In this document: positions 11,710 through 24,689 of the stretch, piece after piece
How the letters are laid out: every line of letters begins with the position of its first letter
Position numbering within the stretch: position 1 is the stretch's first letter
DNA from: Mobula hypostoma
Lineage: Eukaryota
Assembly (NCBI RefSeq): GCF_963921235.1
Contig: NC_086097.1
Location: 141,982,001-142,046,000 of the forward strand
DNA length: 64,000 bases
Reading direction: 5' to 3'
The notes under the pieces: model-generated
What the model was told of the DNA's origin: nothing
What the model saw: the letters and a program-made list of their open reading frames with translations, nothing else
Database searches by the model: none
Program-made: the position numbers and the translations under genes

Positions 11710-12572
11710 TGTTACGTACCCCGTAACTGGGTTGCCAAACCAGCAGAAATGGATCACTCAGTTGGAGTCTGGATTACTAGAACCAAGAAAGTTCCATTAA
11801 AGAAACAAGCAACACAGTAATCGAAAGGATAATAAATGCAACAGTTCAGCAATGATAACCACACATGCGCACAGAACCAAGACAACAGCATCAATCAAGC
11901 TCTATCGCGGTCTAGGGGCAAATGACCAAATTTCAAAGTGACTCAAAGTTCAGTCCAGTTTAGTAGTTCAGTTCGCAGTAATTGTTGCCATGGCGATGGA
12001 CAACGTGGGGGGAGAGAGAGGGGGAACAGGAACAACTGATCATTCAGACACGGCTTCACTCACAGACTGGCGATATGGCTCACAAGCAGCTTTTGGGCGG
12101 GTCCTTGGTGATGTCACCTGAGGTCACCGACTGTGACCCCTCCTCCAGATGCGGTCGATCCTCTGCAGTGAACCCGGCACCCAGGCAAGGACGGACACAC
12201 ACCGGGTTCCCGCTGATCGTACCTTTCCACCCTGGCCGTTGTCTGGTACTTCTCACCGACTCGTGAGAGGCGTACCGCTTCCAGGGTCTCGTTACCTCGG
12301 GTGTCGTGTGTGTCCTGCCTTAGCGAACCGGTCCCTTTTTATCCCCCTGCTGGGGTATCGCCTGTCCATCACTTCGAACGGTTCAAGGTTCAAAGGGGGG
12401 AGCCGCTCCAGACAGCTCTCTCTCCCCCGTCCCTTCATTACACATCTCCAGACGCTGCTCCATTGTTCCTTATCTCTCCTTCCCCTGAGGGCAGGTGGCA
12501 GACCACTTGCTGATGTCACTGATGCTAACCCAGGCCAGCAAACATCTTAATTTTATGTGTATTCTCGTCACA
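11710..12572 (-). repeat. 5' LTR
   Basis: 11 substitutions relative to the 3' LTR by eye count, all transitions. Confidence 0.96.
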
Positions 12573-15500
12573 GGGGTTACGGGGTGGGGGTGGGGGGGCT
12601 TCACTTTTTAGTTTTTCTTTCTTCTTGGGCTACTTATATTACCGAAGTATTGGTCGCGTTCTCTTTCCCGTTATCTCTTGTTTTTTCTGTTCCCTTTCTG
12701 AGTTCATGGGTCGAACCTATTGTCAATCCTCCTTTATTTGAGGGTTGACTTTAGGAATTATGGAGTCTACTATTAATTTTGTCTCTTGGAATACTAACGG
12801 TCTTAATCATCCAATAAAAAGGAAAAAAATCTTTAAAGTATTCCGGAGACTTAAAGCACATATTCTATTTTTACAAGAGACCCATGTGCGGAGGGGGGAC
12901 AGATTACGTTTTTTTAAGTTCTGGAAGGATCAACACTTCCATTCGAATTCCAACGCCAAAATTCGAGGAGTTTCTATTTTTATAGATCCCTCAATCACTT
13001 TTGTACAACACGATATTATTTCTGATCCGAATGGTAGATTTCTATTGGTTAGTGGTTTACTCTTTAATAAAAAGGTAGTTTTGGTTAACGTCTATGCTCC
13101 TAACCTGGACTGTCCGGAATTTTATAAATCATTATTTAATTTGTTCCCGAATTTGAATGAGTTTTCACTAATCTGGGGCGGAGCTCTTAATACTTGTTTA
13201 TCCCCATTATTGGACCGTTCGGCTCCTTTACGGATTCTACCCAATAAATCTGCAACCTTGATTAATTCATTTCTTTCAGATTCCGGGTCAACGGACATTT
13301 AGCGTTTTTTGCATCCTCAGGAAAAAGATTTTTCTTTTTTTTCACATGTTCATCATTCCTATTCAAGAATTGATTATTTTCTTATTGACTCTCGTCTTAT
13401 TTCTTCAGTGGTTAAATGTGAATATAACTCTATAACCATTTTGGATCATGCTCCACTTAAGCTTTCTATTAAAATATTGGCCAATACACAAAATAATAGA
13501 CAGTGGTGTTTTAACTCGCTGTTGCTTCAGGACTCTGATTTTGTTAACTTTATGAATGAACAGATTGATCTCTTTTTTACAATCAACTGTACAGAGGATA
13601 TATCCATGAACACCCTTTGGGATACTTTTAAAGCTTATATTCGTGGTCAGATCATCTCCTATTCTGCTGCTTTGAGGAAAAGGTTGAAGGAGGAGGAGCT
13701 GGTTATTGTGGTCAAGATTAAGGAAATTGATAAGAAATATGCTGCAGCTCCCTCTGAGAAGCTGTATAAACAAAGAACTGAACTTCAAATGGAACACAGT
13801 TTATTACTTTCGTCCTCTATTGCAAATCAATTAATGAAAACGAAGCGAATTTTATATACATAGTGATAAAGTTGGTAAACTGTTGGCTAACCAGTTGAAG
13901 ACTAACTATACTATATTTCAAATTAATCAGATTTATAATCAAAAAGATCAACTGATATCTGATCAAGCTGAGATTAATCAATCCTTTTTTGACTTTTATT
14001 CCTCCTTATATCAATCAGAGTTTCCACGAGACTCTAAACATATGTATGACTTTTTAGATAACCTAGATTTCCCTAAGATTTCACACGATATATCTTTTAT
14101 GTTAGACACTTCCTTTACCACTGATGAGATTAAGAATGTTATTTTTTCTATGAACCCTGGGAAAGCTCCTGGTCCTGATGGGTTTACCACGGAATGTTAT
14201 AAATTTTTTGCATCCTCATTAATCCCTTGGTTATTCAGGGTTCTGGAGGCCTCATTAAAACTTGGTAAACTTTCCGAATCCTTTTATTGAGCACCGATCT
14301 CTTTAATATTAAGGAAGGATAAAGACCTTGCTCAATGTGCATCTTATAGACCAATATCTTTATTAAATGTTGACTCTAAAATTTTTTCTAAGTTATTAGT
14401 AAACAGATTAGAAAAAGCCATTATTTTTGAAAGAATTTTTGCATCCCCATTTAATAATGAAATAGGTCTATATGAAGCACAGTCAGTAGTCAGTTAAAGA
14501 ATCTTTAAGCATTTCCAGCATATATGGAGAAAGCAATTTTTCAAATTTTTTATAAAATCCTACAGAATAACCATCTAGTCCAGGAGCTTTACCAGACTGC
14601 ATTGAAAAAATAACTTACTGAATTTCATTTTCAGTAATAGGAGCATCAAAAGTTTGTTGATCTTCAACAGAAATTCGAGAAAAATCGATCTTTTGTAAAA
14701 AGGCATTCATTTTAGAAGAATCAACTGGAAACTGAGATTTATAAAGTTCAATGTAAAAGTCTTGAAAAATTTTATTAATGTCTTCAAAATTACATGCTGT
14801 ACTACTGTCTGCCTTATGAATTTTAAAAATTTGTCTTTTGGCTCTAGCTTCTTTTAATTGAGATGCTAATAGCTTATTATTTTTATCTCCAAACACATGA
14901 AATTGACGTTTCAATTTAAGCAAATTTCTTTCAATAGGATAAGTTAATAATAATTTATATTGTGATTGGAGTTCAACCCTTTGTTTGAATAAATCAATAT
15001 TAGGAGAGATTGCATAAATATTATCCAAGTCTTTAATTTGTTTTGAAATCTTATCTAACTCTGCTTTTGGCTGTTTCTTAAGCTTAGCTAAATAGCAGCT
15101 TATCTGACCATGCAAATATGCTTTAAATGTATCCCATATAATCACTTTTGACACATCTCCCGCATTATTAAAAAGAAAGAAATCTTTTATCTGAGTCTCA
15201 ATAAATTTGACAAAGTCCGAACTTTGTAATAAATTTTCTGGAAACGCCAAGGCAAATTTGCAATAATGACATCATTCAATTCCAAAGCTAAGCTTAAAGG
15301 TGCATGATCTGAGAAAACGATAGCATCGTATTCACATTTCTGGACTTTGGACAGAGGTCGGAGATCGGCTATAAAATAATTGATTCTCGAATATTTTTTG
15401 TGTACATGTGGAAAAAAAAAGCATGATCTCTGTCATTAGGATGTAAATGTCTCCAAACTTCAACCAGGTCATAATCAATTAAAAAAGAGTTAATAAGTGA

Positions 15501-17991
15501 TGCAGAACAACTCGGAAGCCGCTGATTGGGTGAACTCTTGTCAATCAAAGGATTTAAACAACAGTTGAAATCACTACCCATTAACAACATATATTCATTT
15601 AAATCCGGCAATAAAGCAAATACATTTTTAAAAAAAGAAAGATCATCTACATTAGGTCCATATAAATTAACCAGGACAATTTTTCTATTACAAATTGTTC
15701 CTTTAACAATTTAAAAATCTACCATTAATATCTGACACAATGTCTTCTTGGATAAATAAAATATTAGGTTTTATTAAAATAGATACTCCCTTTGTTTTAT
15801 TTTAACAAATAGCGTGAAATTGAAGGCCCTTCCACATTTAAAAAAATCTATTTTGATTGCCTGTTTTGATATGCGTTTCTTGAACAAAAATTATTTTTGG
15901 AATTGATTAATGATTTTAAAAGTCTTCTTTTGCCTAATAGGATGATTCCAACCGCATACATTCCAATTTATAACGTTCATCTGTTTAGCTAGCATAAAAA
16001 AATTTTATTTTATTTAACACATAAATACACGCATACCAGCGCAGGCTAAACAAAACTAGCGGTGATAAGTATAACCATATAGAAAACATACATGCTCCGG
16101 AACTCCGTAATGGGAAAAAATACAATAAAGAAAACTATAATTAATCTTATAACTCAAAACTAACCCCAGTCCTCCCACCACCCTGAAAGACCCGAAATTC
16201 GGCAAAAGAAAAAAGCTGAAATGTGTTCCCACAGAAGTAAAAAAAAAGAGAGACTCTGCGAGCTGCCCATTTTATAATGATGATTTTAAAAGCTTTCCTT
16301 GATTCCTCCCCCCAGTAACAAAAAAAAACAGACGGCCCTAAAATAGGAAAGCCCTACAGAGGAAAAAAAATTGTTTATACTTAATCCTTAAAAATGAGAT
16401 GGGGAATGCAGAAACAATCTCCAAAAACACCAAAACAATAAAATTAAACAAAGAGAAGAATGCTTATGTAACCTCTAACAAAGAAAAATCAGTGCCGTTT
16501 TCCACTTAACTTGCACGCCCAATGAAAAACTTTTTAGGGAAAAAAAACTAAATATCTATCTACTAAGCACTCCCAAATATGTATATATAAGAAAAAGTCC
16601 TTATGAACTATGAAAACTATTAATTAATGAAAAAAAAGGAGGATAGAAACAAATAATCAAACCGGTTAACAATCTGTCCACTGTATTGATTCGCTCAGTA
16701 AACCAAACAGATATTAGAAAAATCATTCATCAGTCACATCAAAAAGTTCACATCTTCTTTAAATGATCAGAGGACATCTTAAGCAAATCAAAAATCTTCA
16801 AAGCTTGTTTTCTTTCTGAAATAACAATTATTCAGCAGACCTAAAACCATTCAAACCTCGGCTGCAACCGAAATAGAGTTAACATAGTCCAATGCCACTT
16901 TGGGGTCCTGAAAAACATGTGGAGTCGAGTCTTTGGGAAATAACTTTCATCGGGCTGGATAGCTAAGTGATGGGAATAATCCCTTATCATAGGCTATCTT
17001 CATGGTTGGAGCAAATTTAAACCGCAGGTCCATAACTTCCCGTGGATAATCTTCATAAAAACGAATCTTCGAACCCTTGAATTTAAAAACTCTGTGTTTC
17101 CTTGCATATTTCATGATTTGGTCTTTAACTTTGAAATGAAGAAAGCAGACCAAAACTGACCTTGGTTTATTCGGATCCTGAGATTTTGAAGTGAAAATTC
17201 TATGCGCTCTTTCAATATCGGGAGGTTGAGGTAAAATATCCAGAAACAGAGATTGAAACAAATTAGCAAAATAGTCCAATAAATCCCCACTCTCAGATCC
17301 TTCCCTCAGTCCAACAATTCGAATATTATTCCGAAGAGATCTTGCTTCCAAATCGATAATCTTATGTTAAGACTTTTCTAAGTGGGCTGAAGTATCCGCT
17401 ATCTGACGCTTCATCTCTTTAAGATCAGAATTCAAGGAAATAATATTTTCCTGAACAAATTGAAAACTCTCTCGTAACAACTTCATCTCAGAAGAGGTAG
17501 CATCAAGTTTTACCGTGTTGTTTTCTATTTTCCCGTCGAGAACCATCAGTGAATGTCCTAAACGCTCAGCCCAAATAGGCATATCCTCTGATTTTCCTTT
17601 CAAAGTTTTCCCCTTTCCATTGCTGGATTCAGGAAGCTGCTTTCCGCTTCTTAAAGCTTGTGACATAATAACAACTATTCCCCTCTAAGACCGACAAATA
17701 GAAGTTAAAAATTCAAAGTTTAAACTGGGGAAAAGGAAGAATTAATCGCAGCCACACAAAATGTCTGTCACTCCATTGGGCAGTAGGTGGAGTCTTCATG
17801 ATTTCGAAAAGTAAACATTTTGCCATCATTGTACGGTTTTGCTCTAGAATACAATGAATGTTTGAATGAATTGTGTACGTAAACTATTCATAGCACTGCA
17901 GAAGTGGCATGTGATCGTGTGCTTCTTCCCTGGTGCATGCCATTTATGTGGGTCAGGGTTGAAACTGATTTTGTACTTCATATTTTGACAG

Positions 17992-18112
17992 AGCATTACA
18001 GGGTACCATGACTGATCACTCCAGTGCAATGATAGCTCTCACCCAGTTCCCTGAGCCAAAGAACCTCTTGTCCAAGGTTATACAGATAGCAACTACCTCC
18101 TCGTCTGTCACA
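17992..18112 (+). CDS. DHX30: DHX30 internal exon (start of second dsRBD-like region)
   Basis: ttgacag|A GCA...GTC ACA|gtaagt; reads [39 protein letters not shown], matching recalled human [35 protein letters not shown]. Not in the ORF track. Confidence 0.92.
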
Positions 18113-18239
18113 GTAAGTAAAATAGAAAATCATGGAGATAGTTTGAACCTTGTCTTATTGAAAAAAAGAGGGTATAAAGTATGTTAAGTCTGTTCATATC
18201 TCAAGGGGTTGTGTAAAGCAGAAGAGATTACAGATTTAA

Positions 18240-18535
18240 AGATTACTTTGTTTATCACATGTATATCAAAACATAGTGAAATATTTCATTTGCTTCAATG
18301 GCCAACACCATCTGAATATGTGCTGGGGTAGCCTGCAAGTGTCTCCATGCTTCCAGTGCCAATATAATATGCCCAAAACTTATTATCCATAACCTATGCA
18401 TCTTTGGAATGTGGGAGGAAGCGCGCATGTTCATGGGGAGAACATACAAACTCCTTACAGTGAGAATTGAACTCCACTTGCTGATCACTAGCGATGTAAT
18501 AGTATTCGCTAACTGCAATGCTAGTGTGCTGCCCA
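18240..18535 (-). mobile_element. tRNA-derived SINE (V-SINE-like), old
   Basis: Minus strand begins GGGCAGCAC..., with central TTCTCCCCATG...TTCCTCCCACATTCCAAAGATGCA typical of the V domain. Confidence 0.6.
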
Positions 18536-19493
18536 TATGTTGGACTTTAATGTTGTTGGTAATGGGTCAGGATTTAGTAAACAGACTACCTAGTTGCGCA
18601 GAGTTCAATGAAGGGTAGATATCTCATCATCTGTAGAAGAGGATTAAGTGGTTGGGGTGTATCCTTAATGGAGAAATGCACAGATCTTTGATTGCCAGCT
18701 ACCTGCTAATATTCTCCACTGAATTCTAGTTACACAGACACTCCTTATCTTCAAGAATACCAATGTGATCTGATTCTCCAGCTAAGTGTTCATATGGCTA
18801 TTGATTTACATCTTTCCTCTTCCCTTATCCCACTGTTGCTCGGAAACTTGTCCGAGTTTTTGGAGCTCTTTTTGTGAAAAAATTCCTCTTCCCCCATTAC
18901 TCTTCCTGAAACACATTCCTAAAGACTCGACTCTCTTGACTGGGGTTTCAGTTTTGCTACTTCCAATCCAACTGTTACAAAGTGCAGTTATTTATTTCAA
19001 AGAAATCCCTCTTCATTGTTAGGGCAATATTCCTCCTGTGTTGGTGCCAGTTATTCTGGTATTAAACTGCAACGATGGAGACAGTATTCAGGACTTTGAA
19101 ATGGGCATTACCTCTTCTATATCAGGAGGAGAGGTCATTAACAATTGATAAGGATTGAATTCCCATGAAGAACTTCACATAATACACAGTTTAGTCTCCC
19201 ATTTGGGGAATGGCCACTTTGCAGCGATAGTAATCAGCTCACCAGCCCACTTACCCAGCAGATATTAAACCCTATATGAGGCGATATGTTGCTTTATGTT
19301 TGGTTTCATTGCTGATATATAAAAGAATACATTTATATGATGCTCTGTTTATTTATTTTATTTGTTGCCATTCCATTGAACCTTAACATACTGTTATTTA
19401 GTCTATCTCAGTTCTTAGTTTTGAGATGAAAGACCAGAAAAAAGGAAAAATTACATTTAGTGTTAAACCATAAAGACAGTTCTATTCCTACTA

Positions 19494-21090
19494 TAGTGGT
19501 GCTAGAAAGTTTGTGAATCCTGTAGAATTTTCTCTATTTCTGAATAAATATTACCTAAAATGTGATTAGATCTTCACTTATCCTAAAACTAGATAAAGAG
19601 AACCCAGTTAAATAAATAACACAAAAAACATTATACTTGTTCATTTATTGTTGAGAAAAATGATCCAATATTACTTGTATTGTTTGGAAAAGGTATGTGA
19701 ACTTTTGCTTTCAGTAACTGGTGTGACCCCCTTGTACAGCAATAACTTCAACCAAACATTTCCGTTAACTGTTGATCAGCCCTGCACTCAGCTTGGAGAA
19801 ATTTGAGGCCATTCCTTCTTACAAAATTGCTTCAACTCTGGAATGTTGCCGGGCTTCCTTGCATGAATTAATTGCATCAGGTCCTTCCATAAGGATTAAG
19901 ATCAGGACTTTGACTCGGCCAGTGCAAAGCACGAATTTTCTGTTTTTTTAAACCATTCTATTGTTGATTTACTCTTGTCTTTCAGATCATTGTCTTTTTG
20001 CATTATTCAATTTCTCTTAAGCTTCAGGTGTCGCACTGCTACCCTGCCATTCTTCTGTAAAATGTCTTGATACAATTTTGAATTTATTGTTCCCTCAACA
20101 ATTGCAAGCTGTCCAGGCCCTGAGGCAGCAAAGCAGCCCCAAACCATGATGCTCCTTCCACCATACTTCACAGTTGGGATGAGGTTTTGGTGTTGGTCTG
20201 CAGTGCCCTTTTCCCTCCAAACATAGCATTGTGTGCATTTCTGCAAAAAGTTCAAATTTTGTCTCATCTGTTCACAAAACATTGTCTCAGAAGCGTTGTG
20301 GAACATCCAGGTGGTCTTTTGCAAACCTGAGATGTGCAGTGATTGGGTTTTTTTGGAGAGCAGTGGTTTCCTCTGTGGTGTCCTTCCATGAACACCATTC
20401 TTGTTTAGTGTTTTTATTATAGTGGGCACATAAACAGAGACCTTAGCAAGTTCTAGAGATTTCTGCAGGTCTTTTGTTGTTACCCTTGGGTTCTTTTTCA
20501 TCTCCTTTAGCATTGCACATTGTGCTCTTGGTGTGATCTTTGCAGGATACCCACTCCTAGGGAGGGTAGCAACAGTACTGAGTTTCCTCCATTTGTAGAT
20601 AATGCCTCTTACTGTGGACTGATGAACCTTCCGGTATTTAGAAATGCTTTTGTTGCCTTTTCCAGCTTCATGCATCTCTACAATTTTTCTTCTAAGATTG
20701 TTTGAAGCATGGTGCTCGTAAACAAATCTTTCTTGAGAATAGCAGCTCTGTGAGTAACCTGCCTTTGTGTGTCTTTTTTTAACAGGGCAGGGCACCTTTC
20801 CAGCCCACACCTCCAATCTCATCTCATTGATTGGAACACGTGACTCCAAATAGCTTTTGTAGAAGGCATTACCCCAGAAGCTCACATACTTTTTCCAACA
20901 AATACATGTAATATTGGATCATTTTTCTTAATAAATAAATGAACAGGTATAATGTTTTTGTGTTATTTATTTAATTGGATTCTCTTTATCTAGTTTTATT
21001 CCTTGTGTAAAGATCTGATCACATTTTGGGTCATATTTATACAGAAATAGAGAAAATTTTGTAGGGTTCACAAACTTTCTAGCACTACTG
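19494..21090 (-). mobile_element. Tc1/mariner DNA transposon, full-length, inactive
   Basis: TA on both flanks; about 210-bp TIRs ((C/T)AGTRGTGCTAGAAAGTTTGTGAA); transposase about 20710-19711 with frameshifts (RSGYPAKIT, PTVKYGGRSIMVWGCF). Confidence 0.92.
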
Positions 21091-21869
21091 TATGTTATTT
21101 AACCGCTTCTTACTCAATTATCAGACATGCTGCAAAAACTGATATTGTCTGCATAGACTTCTATCTCATTTATAAATATAATGCATTTAATCTTACAGTA
21201 ATAATTTGCTTTTGTATAGTGTGTTCATCATATCATAGCTCCTGAATGTGTTTTTAAGAGAATTATACAGTGAAATTCAACAATGAAGCCCTTTTTTCCA
21301 TTTGTGATGTTGCCAGAGTAAGCATGTATTTGAGTCAAGAGACAAATAGCACAGAAACATACCCTTAAGCCAATCGAGTCTGTGCCTTTCACCAATTTAA
21401 ACTAATTCTACATTGATCCCATTTGTTTTATTCTCCACACATTCCCATTAACTCCCAGGTTTCTATCACTCACCTCTGCATTAGAGGCAATTTATGACAG
21501 CCAGTTAACTTGCCAACTACGCTGCTTTTGGAATGTGTGACAAAACTATGGCTTCACGAGATAATCCACATAGAATGTGGCCTTTGATTCACTAAATTCT
21601 GGCAGCTGCTCATGGAATAAATAATTGTTTCACTCTAATCCTTGGTTTTTCCCTGTAGTTTGGAAAATTATTTTCCCATGTGTGTTTATCCAGTTTCCTT
21701 TTGAAAGCTTGCTTGTTCTTGTTTTCAGTGTCCTTAATGGCAACGTGTATTAAATCGTAATGACATCATGTTTATTCTAATGAAATGGGCCCCACACCCT
21801 CTGATTTATGCTCTTCGTTTTAATTGTGTATCCCCCAGTCCTTGAATATTCCACTGTTTCCTGCCAGAG

Positions 21870-23030
21870 TGTGAAATAGAAGAAGAGAGAAAGGGGAGGG
21901 AAATCATTTTTTTTACAGGAAGGAGAAATTGATGTTCATGACATCAGGTTAGAGCCTACCTGGAGGTGTTGCTCCGCCACCTTGAAAATGGCTTCGTTGT
22001 GGCAGAAGAGGAGGCCATGGTCCGACACGTCCAAACTGGAAGGGGATAGGAATTAATAAGGTTGGCCACCAGGAAGTACTGCTTTTGGCAGATGGAACGG
22101 AGGTGCTCGACAAAGCGGTCCCCCAATTGATGTGAAGTCTCTCACCAATGCAGAGAAGGCTGCTTTGGGAGCTGCAGCTATAACAGACTGTTTCGCAAGT
22201 GAGGTGTTGTCTCACAAAGGAGGGCTGTTTGAGGCCCAGAATGGAGGTGAGCAAGGACGTAAATGGGCAGGTGTAGCAATTGTCTTGCTTGCAGGGAGAT
22301 GTACAAGGAGAAGCATTAGTGGGGAGGGATGAATAGAGAAGAAAATCACAGAGGAAGCAAACCCTGTGGAAAGGTGAGAGTAGGGGTGGAGTAAAGATGT
22401 GATTGGTGTCATTGAAGATGGTGGACGTTGTGAAGAATGGTGTGTTGGATGCAGCGGCTCAAGGGGTGGTAGGTGAGGACAAGAGGAACTTTCTACCTGT
22501 TAAAGTGGCAGGAAGAAGAGGTGAGCAAGGTTGGCAGGGAAATGTGGGTGAGGGCAACATCAGTGGTAGAGGAAGGGAAACCCCATTCTTTGGAGGAGGA
22601 GGAAGAGGACATCTCTGATGTCCTGGAAAGGAAAACCTATCCTGGGAACTGATGCGATGAAGATGAAGGAACTGATAAAAGAGAATAGTTAGAGTTACAA
22701 GAAACTCTACAGCATAAATGCAAACTATTGTTTAATTGCCAGCCCTTGTAATTAAATAATACTAAGGAACTGAGAAAAGGGAAGAGCATTTTTCACAGGA
22801 GACAGGGTGGGAAGAGGTATAACAAAATAGCCATGGGAATCGGTAGGTTTATAAAAGATGTTGGTAGACAGTTTGTCTCCAGAAATGGAGACAGAGAAAT
22901 TGAGAAAGGAGAGAGAGGTGTCAGATATGGGCCAAGTGGAGTTAAGGGCAGGTTGGAAGTTGGAGGCAAAGTTGATGAAATTGACACCCTCAGCATGGGT
23001 GTGTGAAGCAGCACCAGTGCAGTTGTCTTT
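21870..23030 (-). mobile_element. Penelope-like element fragment (RT C-terminus and GIY-YIG endonuclease)
   Basis: FINFASNFQPAL...IFYKPTDSH; VRQHLTCE...LCIGE. Confidence 0.82.
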
Positions 23031-24433
23031 GTTCAAATATCTTTGTTCCTGTATGTATTTAGAACATTACTGCTGGCACAGTGAAGCTCTGATAATCAGG
23101 CAGCTTTGGGACTGGCAAATTTTCTAGAGATTGGATTTTGCAACTTTTAATACCTCAACTCACTTTTAATCTGCTTTTTGTCTCATGTTATACAGTAGTA
23201 TAACAAGTTTTCCAGTAAACCCTGTGAGTTTGTAAAGGACACTGGAAATGGGATCCCAGTGAGTTAAAAGAGAGGCTGGGAAATGGGGCCCTGTGATTTG
23301 AACAAAATGTGAAAAGCAACACTGTGAGTTTAAAGGGGGTGTGGGGAGTAGGGTCATACTGATTTTAAACAGAGGTCTTGGTGAGTTTAAAGAGAGCTTG
23401 GGAAATGGGGCCCAGGGAAATCTACAAGGAGCATGGGAAATAGATACTGAAACATTGGGATTTAAGAATAATCAGATTATCAGAGTACTTTTCCATTGTT
23501 CCTTCTGCCAAAACATTTCACTTTCCATTTCTTCAATAAATTCAGTCTACCACTCATCTGCTCATTCTGCCAGCCTGCCTACATCCTCTTGTAGCCTATT
23601 GCTCCCAGTATTGTGTGCACATTTTGTTCACCATGGTCTGTGCTCTCACACACATGCCATGCACTCTAAAATATTGAAATAGGATCCAGATCATTGTTTT
23701 ATTTTTTTCTTGTAGATTTAGCCTTCTTTACACTTGTATATTTTTATAATCATCCGTTGTAAACTTTCAGTAACTTGTAGTATATTTTGTTCTGTATTTC
23801 TGTAGCTTTTTTTTTGTCTGAAAAGCTTGAGTGCTGCCCAGACAGTACCTCCCAATAGGTTTCCTCATTGAACTGGTTTAGATCAGTTTACGTTATAAAG
23901 AAAGAGCATGTGGTCAAGTTTGTACTACTTTTTACTTGCCTTGGTTGCTGACAAGCTGACTGTCTGACCTGTATTATGACGTATATCTAATAAAAAGCTG
24001 TAATCTTAGGATCTGTAACTTATTCTGGACTTCCAAAGAATCTTCTGGACAACATTATCTCTAGATCTAACAAAAGTGGTCTTTGGCTTTCCTACTAATT
24101 CACCATCTTATTTATTTCTCCAGTCTAATTTTATATTATTTCCTACTCAAGTACTATCTACACATTCGTTTCCTTTTTGTATCCTATCCAACTTTTCCAC
24201 TGCTACATGAGTTGAGTTTAAATCCTCTCCAGTCATACTACATCACCTTTCTATGTGACATATATCATACATACAGATACATACACATGTACACACAAGA
24301 AGGGAAGAAATAGGAGAGGAGATGTGAGCTTCCATCAGTTTTTGTTTTTGTGTTTGCTTGGCCATGTGGTATCATTGCTAATCTGATCCAGTAAGTAAGA
24401 GTAATGGTGATTAACATAAATGTATTCCCTCAG

Positions 24434-24583
24434 GGTTATCTGAAATATTCCACAGAAGGTAATTCACTGAAGGTCTGTCGACTTGAGGTGCAGTGGCCAA
24501 GCCCAATGACCTTCGTCGCAAGTGGTCGGCGGAAAACTGAGGCGGAAAGAAGAGCAGCAGCTCTAGCCTGTAAGAAGCTGAAG
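24434..24583 (+). CDS. DHX30: DHX30 exon (dsRBD-like)
   Basis: cctcag|GGT...AAG|gtgatt; 150 bp; WPSPMTFVASGRRKTEAERRAAALACKKLK. Confidence 0.95.
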
Positions 24584-24689
24584 GTGATTGCAACTTGTTG
24601 AGCAGGGTCTTGTGCCTGATGATGTTAGAAATGTCTTCTTTGTGGCATGCCAGCTGAATTTCAAATTCGCCAACTGACCCTGTCGATAA

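Larger units (their letters stand above)
7702..12572 (-). mobile_element. Gmr1-like Ty3/Gypsy LTR retrotransposon, non-autonomous
   Basis: Two 863-bp TG...CA LTRs; 4-bp TSD GGGG (7698-7701, 12573-12576); tRNA-Pro PBS; PPT; gag-pro plus integrase and RT remnants. Confidence 0.93.
6226..14415 (+). mobile_element. L1 LINE 'B', inverted 5' segment: 5'UTR, ORF1, endonuclease; interrupted by an LTR element
   Basis: Starts GAGACTTCCGG; ORF1 from ATG 6399 (RMRRQNI, DGAHRV); ORF2 from ATG 12760 (SWNTNGL, LQETH, NVYAPN, SRIDY, KAPGPDG, YRPISLLN); right TSD 14416-14428. Confidence 0.92.
1041..17796 (-). mobile_element. L1 LINE 'A', full-length, decayed, host of nested insertions
   Basis: TSD CATGATTTC at 1032-1040 and 17797-17805; ORF1 17666-~16850 (RRNN-like SLRNNIRIVGL, DIERAHR); ORF2 from ATG 15995 (endonuclease), RT motifs FDAEKAFDRVEW, GTRQGCP, LYADD; CCHC CDRC...THMFWSC; AATAAA at 1061-1066 (-). 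Confidence 0.92.

Noticed and set aside
24610..24655. Hammerhead-like CTGATGA-TGTTA-GAAA just after a DHX30 exon
   Set aside because: Stem II is essentially absent, the cleavage triplet would end in G, and there is no stem I pairing.
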